A DNA stretch of 54,985 nucleotides from an uncultured virus (IMG/VR IMGVR_UViG_3300025626_002437). Taxonomy: Duplodnaviria; Heunggongvirae; Uroviricota; Caudoviricetes. Below are positions 28,652 through 38,076 of this stretch, piece by piece. The position numbers were made by a program, and so were the translations under genes. Every line of letters starts with the position of its first letter. Position 1 is the stretch's first letter. Where the stretch lies: IMG/VR virus record IMGVR_UViG_3300025626_002437; one strand, written 5' to 3'. Under the pieces are notes generated by a model. The model worked only from the letters and a program-made list of their open reading frames with translations, ran no database searches and was not told where the DNA came from.

Positions 28652-31528
28652 TTATTCTGAGCCTGTTTGACCAAGTGTTGACTGAATTCTAATCGGAATG
28701 TATATAAATTCAACTGCTTTAGTTGGCTGAATTGCTATATCCAAGTATAATTCGTTTTTATCAATCCTTGCAGGTGTGTTATTTGTGGTATCACAAACAC
28801 TAATGAAGTCAAATAAACCTCTTAGTGTAACTAGTTCTGATAATAATTGATCAGCAACTCGTTTTACACCGGATCTTGTTATTCCATCGTTTGGTTCAAA
28901 TAAGAAAGGCTTAACTGCGATATCTAATTGATATCTAATATAGTTTACAAGCCTTGCTACGTTGATTCTATCTAATGCACTTGCAGTTGGGTTAAGAGTT
29001 TTCTGCCCAAATACAACTAAGCCTCTTCCTGGGAAGTTTGCTATTGGATTAACTTTATTTGCATAAAGTGTATCTCTTTGTCCATTGTTAAGTGAAACTG
29101 GAACAAACTCGCCTGCTGTTCCGTCTACATAACCGACACTAGTTGCGTTTTGTACGATACCTCTTTGATACCCTGCTGGTGCAAACCATTGATATGCCAC
29201 ATTGTCATTGAATGCAAATGTTCTTAATGCAATATGTGAAGCCGGTACAGCCACACTAGCACCATCTAAGTTTGTTGTTAAACCTGATGGATAGTGTACT
29301 GAAACGTATGGATTACTTGTAATAAGTCCATCTTCACCGTTTTCACTTGCGTTATTGGCATTGGTTGCCCAATTTTTCATGCTTGTTGCATCTGATTTCA
29401 ATCTCATTGGACTATCAGCAACAATAAATGCGACTTCTTTCTTATCTGTATTAAGAGTAACCATCTCATCTATTAATTCTGGATATCCAGGAGAGGAAAT
29501 CAAGTTATAGAAATTAACTTCACTTCTTATTTCGCTATTGTTTGCTATTGCGGCCTGCAATGATTGTACAATAACTTTTCTCTGTGCTTTTCTACCCATG
29601 TAAGGTGAACCGTCTGCTTTATTGCCTGACTCACTTACCCATACATTAGTTAATGTTCCACCGCTGTATGCATATGATGTGTAGTATTTCTTAACGTTTT
29701 TACCACTGGCTCTAAAGTTCCATGCTAAAATACCAAATGGTACTGTTGCTGGTGCTATTGCGTCTGCATCAACAGATGCTGAACCATATGATGCTAAATC
29801 TAAGAACTGAATACCGTCTGCAGACACTTGGTCTGTGTTATCAACTAGTATCCATGCACTTGATTTTCTTTTGTAAATTTTTGGATAGTTTTCCAAATCA
29901 TCTGAATCAACCCAAAGGTCGCCGTCCACTAAAGAACCGCCATCGCTTTGTGTTGTAGGCTCACTCGCCGCTACGTTTACATCGTAGTCTGAAGAGTATT
30001 TTGTCCATGTTGCAGTTCCGCCAACATTTTTGTTGTACCAAATGTCAACTGCTGAACTACTGTCATACCAAAGTTTACCTGTTATTAAGTCACCTACTGG
30101 TGCTGAAGTACCAAATTCATAGTTTTTACTATCAATTGATGCAACTGTTCCAGATACGTCTGCAACTTTAAAGTTACTGTAATTACCAGTAGCAATGTTT
30201 AAGTTTGTGAACACGTTAAATGCTACACCACCTACACTACCATTGAAAACATCAATGTCTTTACCGTCACTAGCAACGATTGTGATTTTACCAGATACAT
30301 TTGATGCTACAACATTTGTAGCACTTCCTGATGCTAATGCATCATTTATATCTTGAACCATGTCGTCAACACTTACATTACCGTCGCCACTTGTATCAGT
30401 ATTAAATTTAACATCAATGTTTGATGCACTATTATTAATTTTCAATCTGATGCCGTAATCTGACCCACCAGTTTGTTGTGATATTGTTGTGTCGCTTAAA
30501 GCGGATGAACTTTGTATTTGTAAACTGCTTTGACCGTTATGTCTTCTTAAAGCAAACCTTCCGTGTACATCTGAATCAAGTTTATTACCTGAATCGTACT
30601 CTACAAAGAAAGTACCTGCATTTGGTGTAGCACCAATACTTGTACTTGCATAAGCACTTGCTGAATTGGCATAACCTTCTGCTGTTGTACTGACCCATGA
30701 AGCAGTAGATGTGTTATAAACTTTAAGTCCATATTTTAATCCACTTGCGGCTGATGTTGTTTGTACAATTAAATCACCACTTTGAAGAGCACTACTATCT
30801 TTTCGTGCAGTTGGTCTGTTTAAATGTGTAACAAACTGACAGTCTTTACCAGTGTTTGCTTCGAATGTACTTGCATCTGTGAACTCATGCCATACAGATG
30901 ATGCTTTGTAGAAATATACTACTTCTGCTGTTGCTTTACCGTTTTGATCTATACCTAAGATTCCAATGTCTCCAGTTTTACCTACTGATGGTTTTGGTAC
31001 GCCACCGGCAGTAATTTCATCTTTTGAAAAAATCTTAGGGTCTGTTTTTTCTACATACTTGGGAATAGTCCCAGATGTGTCATATGTAAAGATACCCCAC
31101 TTAGTAGCACTTGAGTCTACCCATATTGTTGCATTTGCCGGGGATTCCGACGGTGCACTTGACAATGGTTTTAATTCATCTAAGTCTACATCTGATCTAA
31201 GAACGTATGCTCTTGAAGCCAGACCTAGAAAACTGTGTGCGGCTAATAAACCGTACTCGTTTAATTCGTAACCATGTTGTGGAGTTCCTCCTGTGCTGTA
31301 GAATTGTGGATTTCCGTATTGCTGTAACAATTCTCTTTGACTTGTAATTAAGTAAAGTTGGTTATCTGACTCTGCTTTAGAATAAGGTGCTAGACCTGAT
31401 CCATCGGGGTTAGATTTGTTCTTTGCTGTTGCGATTACAATCAAAGGTACTGTTCCAGGACCTCCAGGCGAATAAAACGATTCGTCTGATACTGAAATGT
31501 CTACACCAGGTGATACTAATGTTGCCAT
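28652..31528 (-). CDS. 18: contractile tail sheath protein (T4 gp18-like, with large insertions)
   Basis: LVSPGV N-terminus, WFAPAG..RG, VNPIANFPG, GQKTL, RINVARL, FEPND. Confidence 0.95.
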   Translation of the reverse strand: MATLVSPGVDISVSDESFYSPGGPGTVPLIVIATAKNKSNPDGSGLAPYSKAESDNQLYLITSQRELLQQYGNPQFYSTGGTPQHGYELNEYGLLAAHSFLGLASRAYVLRSDVDLDELKPLSSAPSESPANATIWVDSSATKWGIFTYDTSGTIPKYVEKTDPKIFSKDEITAGGVPKPSVGKTGDIGILGIDQNGKATAEVVYFYKASSVWHEFTDASTFEANTGKDCQFVTHLNRPTARKDSSALQSGDLIVQTTSAASGLKYGLKVYNTSTASWVSTTAEGYANSASAYASTSIGATPNAGTFFVEYDSGNKLDSDVHGRFALRRHNGQSSLQIQSSSALSDTTISQQTGGSDYGIRLKINNSASNIDVKFNTDTSGDGNVSVDDMVQDINDALASGSATNVVASNVSGKITIVASDGKDIDVFNGSVGGVAFNVFTNLNIATGNYSNFKVADVSGTVASIDSKNYEFGTSAPVGDLITGKLWYDSSSAVDIWYNKNVGGTATWTKYSSDYDVNVAASEPTTQSDGGSLVDGDLWVDSDDLENYPKIYKRKSSAWILVDNTDQVSADGIQFLDLASYGSASVDADAIAPATVPFGILAWNFRASGKNVKKYYTSYAYSGGTLTNVWVSESGNKADGSPYMGRKAQRKVIVQSLQAAIANNSEIRSEVNFYNLISSPGYPELIDEMVTLNTDKKEVAFIVADSPMRLKSDATSMKNWATNANNASENGEDGLITSNPYVSVHYPSGLTTNLDGASVAVPASHIALRTFAFNDNVAYQWFAPAGYQRGIVQNATSVGYVDGTAGEFVPVSLNNGQRDTLYANKVNPIANFPGRGLVVFGQKTLNPTASALDRINVARLVNYIRYQLDIAVKPFLFEPNDGITRSGVKRVADQLLSELVTLRGLFDFISVCDTTNNTPARIDKNELYLDIAIQPTKAVEFIYIPIRIQSTLGQTGSE

Positions 31529-31642
31529 ATTTTTCTCCTATAATACCTTGTTTGGTTACATGTATTTATTAAAAAATGCAATAATCATGGTATTATAAAA
31601 ATAACTATTCAGTAATTTTTAGGAAAAATGATAAATAAGACC

Positions 31643-32323
31643 TTAAATTATCTCTATGGTATTTTCAGTGAATATTTCTGGTTTTGTTGGAAGTTTTTCT
31701 AATATTTGATCTATTTGTTCAAAAAGTTCTTCTTTTGTGCTATTATTTTTTACAGTAAAGTCAATGTGACAGCCGATCCAATCCCATTCACTGGCGTGAA
31801 TCTGTTTGAAATCTCTGTTCATTATATGCCTTGCTACTGCATCGCCTTGATTGGCCTTTAGAGCAATTTCATACCATTCTGGTTTTTCTTCTCTTTCAAC
31901 AAGAATAATTGTGCCATTCATAGCCTGTATAATTTTTACTTCGTTTTGAAATCTACAATCACTGATAACAACACACTCGTTTTGATGATGTAGTTTTTTA
32001 ACTCTGTATTCTAAACTGCTGATCCAGATGTTTTCATTGAAATGATTACGCATTACATCTGTGCCTATTAATTGTAATGCTAATCTAGGTGTAAAATTAG
32101 ATATGCTTAATTTTTTGCTCCAAAACATATCAACAGTTTCTCTAAACTGTCTGCTTTCGTCTGTTTCACCTTCTAGTAAATCTCTATCCCAGCCAAATAC
32201 ATTTGCACATAAGTCTTTTAGTGGGCCTGCGAATGAAGTTGGAATGCAATCTTTAGTTGCCAAGTATTGTGCTACGGTGTTTTTACCTGATCCTATATTA
32301 CCTAATAATCCTATTGTGTTCAT
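31643..32323 (-). CDS. deoxynucleoside monophosphate kinase (T4 gp1-like)
   Basis: GNIGSGKNT, SFAGPLK, PRLALQLIGTD, ISDCRFQNE, HASE. Confidence 0.9.
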   Translation of the reverse strand: MNTIGLLGNIGSGKNTVAQYLATKDCIPTSFAGPLKDLCANVFGWDRDLLEGETDESRQFRETVDMFWSKKLSISNFTPRLALQLIGTDVMRNHFNENIWISSLEYRVKKLHHQNECVVISDCRFQNEVKIIQAMNGTIILVEREEKPEWYEIALKANQGDAVARHIMNRDFKQIHASEWDWIGCHIDFTVKNNSTKEELFEQIDQILEKLPTKPEIFTENTIEII

Positions 32324-33079
32324 TTATCCTATAACAAAGCCGTAATTTTTATTTCCTTCTTCCATATTAATTATTGACGTTAGTAATCTTTCTTTCTCAG
32401 TCATGGCCTCTTGCTTTAAAGCCTCGCCATTTAATTGCACTGAACCTTGTGGCCCTGGTAAGCCTGAAGTATATTTACTTCTTGCTTCACCGAGCATCAT
32501 TTTTGCTTCTGCTAATGCCCAATCTGCCATCCAAGGTCTAGAATACTCATTCTCTAATAAATTTTGTTCTGGTACTAAATTAGAAATCTGTATCATTATG
32601 TCTTCTGTTATAGATATCTTACGCAATAGTTTTAACACTTTGGTATTTGTATTGAATGTGAAGTCATAATCTCCACCAAATATTCTGTTAAGTGTTTCTT
32701 TATATTGGGTAAATGCATCATAGTTGGCTAGACCGCCAACAACACCTGCATTGATTAGATATGTGTTTTGAAATGCTACATCAAACGGATCAAAGTTTGT
32801 GCCTGTTCCTATATTACCACCACCAACACCTCTACGATATACTTTTCTGATATTTAATACTTCACCTGGAAGTGTGTATTCTTGTACATCTGGTTGTGTT
32901 TGCAAAAAAGCATAACTTTCTTCAACAGCGGAATCACTTCTACTTCTTAAAGTCTGTATTGCTCTGTCTATTGCTAGATTGTAGTGTTCTGGATCTAATT
33001 CCACATCGATCATTCCGTCACCTAATCGTAACTTGATCTCTGTAATTAGTCTATCTCTAGGGGTTTCTGTTGCACTCAT
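32324..33079 (-). CDS. 13: neck protein (T4 gp13-like)
   Basis: RLG...IDVEL, LPGPQG...LNGE and FVIG end. Start reassigned to ATG 33079, 5 nt after GATAAATA. Confidence 0.85.
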   Translation of the reverse strand: MSATETPRDRLITEIKLRLGDGMIDVELDPEHYNLAIDRAIQTLRSRSDSAVEESYAFLQTQPDVQEYTLPGEVLNIRKVYRRGVGGGNIGTGTNFDPFDVAFQNTYLINAGVVGGLANYDAFTQYKETLNRIFGGDYDFTFNTNTKVLKLLRKISITEDIMIQISNLVPEQNLLENEYSRPWMADWALAEAKMMLGEARSKYTSGLPGPQGSVQLNGEALKQEAMTEKERLLTSIINMEEGNKNYGFVIG

Positions 33080-33090
33080 ACAACTATTTA

Positions 33091-34254
33091 TCAAAAAGTT
33101 CTTAGTATGATTGTGTGCTCATTAAATCTACCGTTCATTTTAGTAGGGGTTGTAGTAAGTTCTTCAAATGATTTTTTGCATTTCATTTTACCTGCATCAA
33201 ATCCTTTAATCATTTCTGCTGGTTTTCTCAAAGTTTTTTGTATGCTGGTATCTTCGTCATAGTCTTGTAATGTTGTTCCTTTTACCATAATGCCTGTACC
33301 AGGTCTTTGCATGTTCTTAGGGTCAATGTTTTTTGCACGATATACACCTATTTTTCTAGTTTTAGTGTTGTATATCCAAACTTCATTTGCGTACACAATG
33401 TCTGTTGGGTGCAAACTTGCTAGTCCTAGTTCAGGAAAGTTTACTGCATACTTTAATTTCTTCACGATAGCCTCTTTAGACCGTGCCTTAGGCTTACGAG
33501 CCTTGCGTGTAGTGGCTTTTGTTGCTATGATAGTATCACAAGCAGTATTAATCGTTTCGTAGTACTGTACGAAGGCTTTACGCATTTTAGCATCGAAGTG
33601 GCTGTATGCTTCTTTTAGTTCTTCGTCCTTCCATTCTAATACTTCTAGTGCTTCGGCATGTTGAGCCGCAAATTCTTCTTTTATAATTTTAGCATGTGGG
33701 CCTTTAATTTCAGGTTGATATGACATCATCATTTTATAAGGATCAAAATCTTTAATTGTTTTAGAACCGTCAACCATCTCGTCTAAGAAGCCTTCGATAT
33801 TACCGCATAAATCACTTACTTGTTCTTTCATTCGTTCTTGAATGCTGATTACAGGCTTTGCTAATTTTTGCTCAATTTTTTCAACCTTTTCTTCTAAAGC
33901 CTTTTTGCCACGTGGTAACCACTCTTCGTTTTTACGTTTTTCGTAGTGTTCTCTTAAATGGTCTGGCATATAACCTAATTTGTGCCATACAAAAATTGTG
34001 CTAATGCATGAACTAAATGTCCAGTCTGGATTTGCTAAAATAATCTTTACTTCTTCTGGCGTCCATCCTGTGTGGTTTTTAAGCCAATCTTTTACAATAG
34101 GCAGTCCTTTAGTTTTACTAACCTCTGTCCTGGCAAAATATTCGCAACTGCGAAATGCGTTTACCTGTTCTTCTTTATCCGTTACAAGTTTAAGAGTCTT
34201 CCAATCAGGCTCTGTTGTAACATATATAGATCTCTGTGTTTTCTTTCTAGCCAT
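33091..34254 (-). CDS. conserved hypothetical phage protein
   Basis: 387-aa basic ORF with WIYNTKTRK, VKGTTL, KTLRKP and NGRFNEH motifs. Confidence 0.75.
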   Translation of the reverse strand: MARKKTQRSIYVTTEPDWKTLKLVTDKEEQVNAFRSCEYFARTEVSKTKGLPIVKDWLKNHTGWTPEEVKIILANPDWTFSSCISTIFVWHKLGYMPDHLREHYEKRKNEEWLPRGKKALEEKVEKIEQKLAKPVISIQERMKEQVSDLCGNIEGFLDEMVDGSKTIKDFDPYKMMMSYQPEIKGPHAKIIKEEFAAQHAEALEVLEWKDEELKEAYSHFDAKMRKAFVQYYETINTACDTIIATKATTRKARKPKARSKEAIVKKLKYAVNFPELGLASLHPTDIVYANEVWIYNTKTRKIGVYRAKNIDPKNMQRPGTGIMVKGTTLQDYDEDTSIQKTLRKPAEMIKGFDAGKMKCKKSFEELTTTPTKMNGRFNEHTIILRTF

Positions 34255-34323
34255 ACCAATAATTACTCATTTTAAAAACTATATATAATTTTTCTGGCAA
34301 AAACGGTGTCAAATAAAGATTAA

Positions 34324-34533
34324 TTATAGTATAATCTCGTCTTTTGTCATTTCAACGTATCTTATTTGAGGGTCTCTTTTACGTGGTTTACCCATAATCC
34401 AAAACTTCTCAAACATAAAACCAGCACCTAGTTTGATGCCCACATCTATGCCATCTTTATGACCGATATTGTATGAAGTGTAGCCTACACCTATTATACA
34501 AATACCAAATATTATGTATTCTGTAATTTCCAT
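34324..34533 (-). CDS. small membrane protein
   Basis: 69 aa, N-terminal hydrophobic helix. TTGACA-N17-TATTAT (34540-34568) lies 6 nt upstream. Confidence 0.65.
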   Translation of the reverse strand: MEITEYIIFGICIIGVGYTSYNIGHKDGIDVGIKLGAGFMFEKFWIMGKPRKRDPQIRYVEMTKDEIIL

Positions 34534-34584
34534 GTTCTTATAATAGCAAAAAATTAAACCGTTGTCAATCTGATAAATACAGTT

Positions 34585-35658
34585 ATGCCTAAAATTAGTT
34601 TATGGAATCCGGTCAAAAGAAACGACTATAAGTTTGTCGGCGGTATTGTAGCGGAGAATATTTATGCTGGTGGTACTGGGGTAAATGTACACAAATATCT
34701 GGGTGTTCACGATCAAGGGGACACTAAAGACTTCACGCAACCACAACAAGGTAACAATTACGGTTCAGACGGCGATCAAAAAACTGGTGAAACATTCATA
34801 CAGGATGTATTATTTTTAGAAAATAGAGACAGAAAGTATGATGATGACATATATGAACTCAGAGGAACATATACTGTAAGTGATTCAGACTTTGATTTAA
34901 CACAATTTGGTATGTTCTTACAAAATGACACATTGTTCATCAATTTTCACATTGACACAATGGTATCAACATTAGGCAGAAAACTTATGGCAGGCGATGT
35001 TATAGAATTACCTCATATGAGAGATGATTTATTACTCGATGAACGCAAAGATGCCATAAACAGATTTTATGTAATTACAGATGCAAGTAGGCCTTCAGAA
35101 GGATTTGATCCAAATTGGTGGCCTCATATGTGGAGATGTAAATTAGGTCCAATAAGCGACAGTCAAGAATACAGAGATATTATTGGCTATGGTGATGAAG
35201 AAGACGATTTACGAAATATCATCAGTACATACAAAGATGAAATTGATATTTCAGATGCTATTATAAAACAAGCAGAAAATAATGTTCCACAGGATCCTTA
35301 TTATGCCGCAGGTACTCATTTATTTGTGGATGAAACTGCCAAAGGCAAACCATTTATAGGAACTATTGAAGGTGCACCAAATGGTGCTACACTATTGGGT
35401 AGTGGAATAACATTTCCATTAGCCGCAGTTGATGGTGATTATTTCTTAAGAACAGACTTTTCACCTAGTAGGATATTTAAGAAATCAGGTAATCGCTGGG
35501 TGAAAGTTGCAGATGACAGTAAGAGAGTGTTCTCTAGTGCAAACAGAATCCTTGATGGCTTTATAAATAACACGACAGAGACAACAAACACAGATGGTAC
35601 TGTAACTAATGAAAGAACAAACCTAAGTAAAGTTGTTAAACCTAAGACGGACAATTAA
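34585..35658 (+). CDS. 14: neck/head-closure protein (T4 gp14-like)
   Basis: DVLFLENRDRKY, LTQFGMFL, MAGDVIELP. Between the gp13 and gp15 homologues. GATAAATA 5 nt upstream. Confidence 0.75.
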   Translation: MPKISLWNPVKRNDYKFVGGIVAENIYAGGTGVNVHKYLGVHDQGDTKDFTQPQQGNNYGSDGDQKTGETFIQDVLFLENRDRKYDDDIYELRGTYTVSDSDFDLTQFGMFLQNDTLFINFHIDTMVSTLGRKLMAGDVIELPHMRDDLLLDERKDAINRFYVITDASRPSEGFDPNWWPHMWRCKLGPISDSQEYRDIIGYGDEEDDLRNIISTYKDEIDISDAIIKQAENNVPQDPYYAAGTHLFVDETAKGKPFIGTIEGAPNGATLLGSGITFPLAAVDGDYFLRTDFSPSRIFKKSGNRWVKVADDSKRVFSSANRILDGFINNTTETTNTDGTVTNERTNLSKVVKPKTDN

Positions 35659-35660
35659 AT

Positions 35661-37022
35661 ATGCAGTACTGGTATGATGAACAAATTAGAAGATATATTC
35701 TACAATTTATTAGAATATTTCATGCATTCAAAGTCAAAGAAGGTAGTAGAGACGGCGAAGACGAAAGATATAATACTGTGCCTATAAGATATGCAGATCC
35801 AAGTAGAATGGTTTCGCATATACTTAGACAAAATTCAGAAAATGTTATTAACAGCACACCTTTTATAGGTGTGAGTATCCAAAGTTTACAAATTGCCAGA
35901 GATAGGACACAAGATCCTTTCTTTACAGATACCAAAAGTATAACAGAGCGTAAATTTAACGAAGATACACAAAGTTATGAAAGTACGCAAGGCAACCAAT
36001 ATACTATTAACAGGTATATGCCAGTACCTTACAACTTAACAATGCAAGTTGATATATGGACACCTAATACTGATACAAAATTACAATTAATGGAACAGAT
36101 ATTAGTTCTATTTAATCCAACAATACAATTACAACAAAATTCTAATCCGTTTGATTGGACCTCAATTGTTGAAGTCGAATTAACAGATATACAGTTTACT
36201 AATAGAAGTATTCCGGCAGGAGTAGATGAGCAAATCGATGTAACAACATTAACATTTATATTGCCTATATGGATTAATCCTCCTGCAAAAGTTAAAAGAC
36301 AGAGTATTATACATGAGATTCACAGTAATATAATAACTGATTTTGGTGGACAATCATTGAGCGAAATTGGATATGATGAAGACATACATGATTTCTTTAG
36401 AAGTTTTGATATACAATCACGTTTAATTGTTTCGCCAGGTAATTACAAAGTTAGTATATTGGGCAACTCTGCAACTTTATATGACTCAGGAGGTATAGAG
36501 ACTAAGAGTTGGTCTGATTTACTAGCATTGTATGACAAGGAATTAAAAGATAACACCAGTATTTTAAAATTAAAAATCACTAATGATATGGAGGATGACT
36601 CACAGGATATTGCAGGTACTATTGCAAAACATCCATCAGATGATAGTCAACTTATATTTAATTTGGATACTGACACATTGCCTGCTTCTACAATAGATAA
36701 TATTGATAAAATTATTAACCCTCATAGTAATGTACCAGGCGATGGTACAATACCAAACCTTGTAATTGGACAACGATATTTAATAACAGAAGATCTTTCC
36801 AAAACAGGTTATCCAGAGTGGAATGTTGATGCATCAGAAAACGATATTATTGAATTTGATGGTGCAAAATGGACAGTATCATATGATGCAAGTGCCAACT
36901 TTGGTACTACAGCAATTACGAAGAACTTAAATACAAGTAAAGTATACAAATGGACAGGAACACAATGGCTGAGCATATACGAGGGAGAATACAATCCGGG
37001 ATATTGGACTCTAGTCCTGTAG
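35661..37022 (+). CDS. 15: tail terminator/sheath stabiliser (T4 gp15-like) with C-terminal extension
   Basis: YWYDEQIRRY, VPIRY, PVPYNL, QLMEQILVLFNP. Confidence 0.88.
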   Translation: MQYWYDEQIRRYILQFIRIFHAFKVKEGSRDGEDERYNTVPIRYADPSRMVSHILRQNSENVINSTPFIGVSIQSLQIARDRTQDPFFTDTKSITERKFNEDTQSYESTQGNQYTINRYMPVPYNLTMQVDIWTPNTDTKLQLMEQILVLFNPTIQLQQNSNPFDWTSIVEVELTDIQFTNRSIPAGVDEQIDVTTLTFILPIWINPPAKVKRQSIIHEIHSNIITDFGGQSLSEIGYDEDIHDFFRSFDIQSRLIVSPGNYKVSILGNSATLYDSGGIETKSWSDLLALYDKELKDNTSILKLKITNDMEDDSQDIAGTIAKHPSDDSQLIFNLDTDTLPASTIDNIDKIINPHSNVPGDGTIPNLVIGQRYLITEDLSKTGYPEWNVDASENDIIEFDGAKWTVSYDASANFGTTAITKNLNTSKVYKWTGTQWLSIYEGEYNPGYWTLVL

Positions 37023-37465
37023 AACCTTTCACAGGTGTTATAGGGGTAGGCACATTATTTCTTGCTCTTGATACCAACCGTGTACTTTTACAATTCAGAA
37101 ACAGCGACAAACGACATAAACACACTTGGGGATTTTGGGGAGGACTTGTTGAAAAAGGCGAGTCTCCATATGAAGCCTTAACACGTGAACTTGATGAGGA
37201 ATTAGGATTAGTTCCAGATATTAATAAACTAAATCCTATTGATGTTTATCAAAGCAAAGACAAGAACTTTATGTATTACAGTTTTGTTGCAGTCATAGAA
37301 CACGAATTTATGCCAAATTTAAATGGTGAAAGTTGTGGGTATGCTTGGGTAGACATCGGTACATGGCCAAAGCCATTACACGAGGGTGCCAGAGCAACCT
37401 TAAGTTACAATAAAGGTAACGAAAAACTTAATACTATATTAAATTTACATAAATGTCAGATATAA
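36950..37465 (+). CDS. Nudix hydrolase (start uncertain, possibly TTG near 37004)
   Basis: Nudix box GLVEKGESPYEALTRELDEELG. Confidence 0.88.
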   Translation: MDRNTMAEHIRGRIQSGILDSSPVEPFTGVIGVGTLFLALDTNRVLLQFRNSDKRHKHTWGFWGGLVEKGESPYEALTRELDEELGLVPDINKLNPIDVYQSKDKNFMYYSFVAVIEHEFMPNLNGESCGYAWVDIGTWPKPLHEGARATLSYNKGNEKLNTILNLHKCQI

Positions 37466-38076
37466 TAGATTTTAAAAAGATAAGATTAGAGAACTTACTA
37501 ATAAAGTTTGCAAAGTCTAACGAAATACCGCCCGAATTTATTGACGGCCGTATGAATCCTGATGATTTATTTAATGTTTATAATGAATCGTTATCTGAAT
37601 ATCACTTAAAACTATTAAGTAAACTAAGACGCATACTAGCAAGTAGAATGCGTAAAAGTCAAAAAAACATATATGAATCATTTATGGAAGAATACTTGTA
37701 CTTTTATAAGCATCAATGTACCAAAGAAGACAAGTGGAGATTTCCTGTTGTAAGTTCTAAATACAGAGATAATTTAAATCCTATCAGAGCATTATATTAT
37801 GAATTACTTAATATAATGAACAGTTATAATCCTGAAAGTCATGTACATACATTTGTTTTAGACTTGTTTACAGATGCAGAATGGCGTAACACTATAATTA
37901 ATTGTGTGCAAAAAGACATTAATGCAATAGATCATATAACATCAACATATCATTACCCATTAGAAAAAATTGGCGAGAAGCCTTTTGAATTTCTTTATTT
38001 AATGGAACTTAAAAAAGATCTAGTTACTGCAAGAAGTGTGTTCCGTTCCATGGGACACTGGTCACCAGACGAATAA
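37453..38076 (+). CDS. hypothetical protein
   Basis: 207-aa ORF overlapping the Nudix end. Confidence 0.65.
   Translation: MSDIIDFKKIRLENLLIKFAKSNEIPPEFIDGRMNPDDLFNVYNESLSEYHLKLLSKLRRILASRMRKSQKNIYESFMEEYLYFYKHQCTKEDKWRFPVVSSKYRDNLNPIRALYYELLNIMNSYNPESHVHTFVLDLFTDAEWRNTIINCVQKDINAIDHITSTYHYPLEKIGEKPFEFLYLMELKKDLVTARSVFRSMGHWSPDE

Noticed and set aside
31630..31637. Plus-strand GATAAATA pointing antisense into the dNMP kinase gene
   Set aside because: Such an 8-mer is expected by chance in AT-rich DNA, and no gene or terminator supports it.
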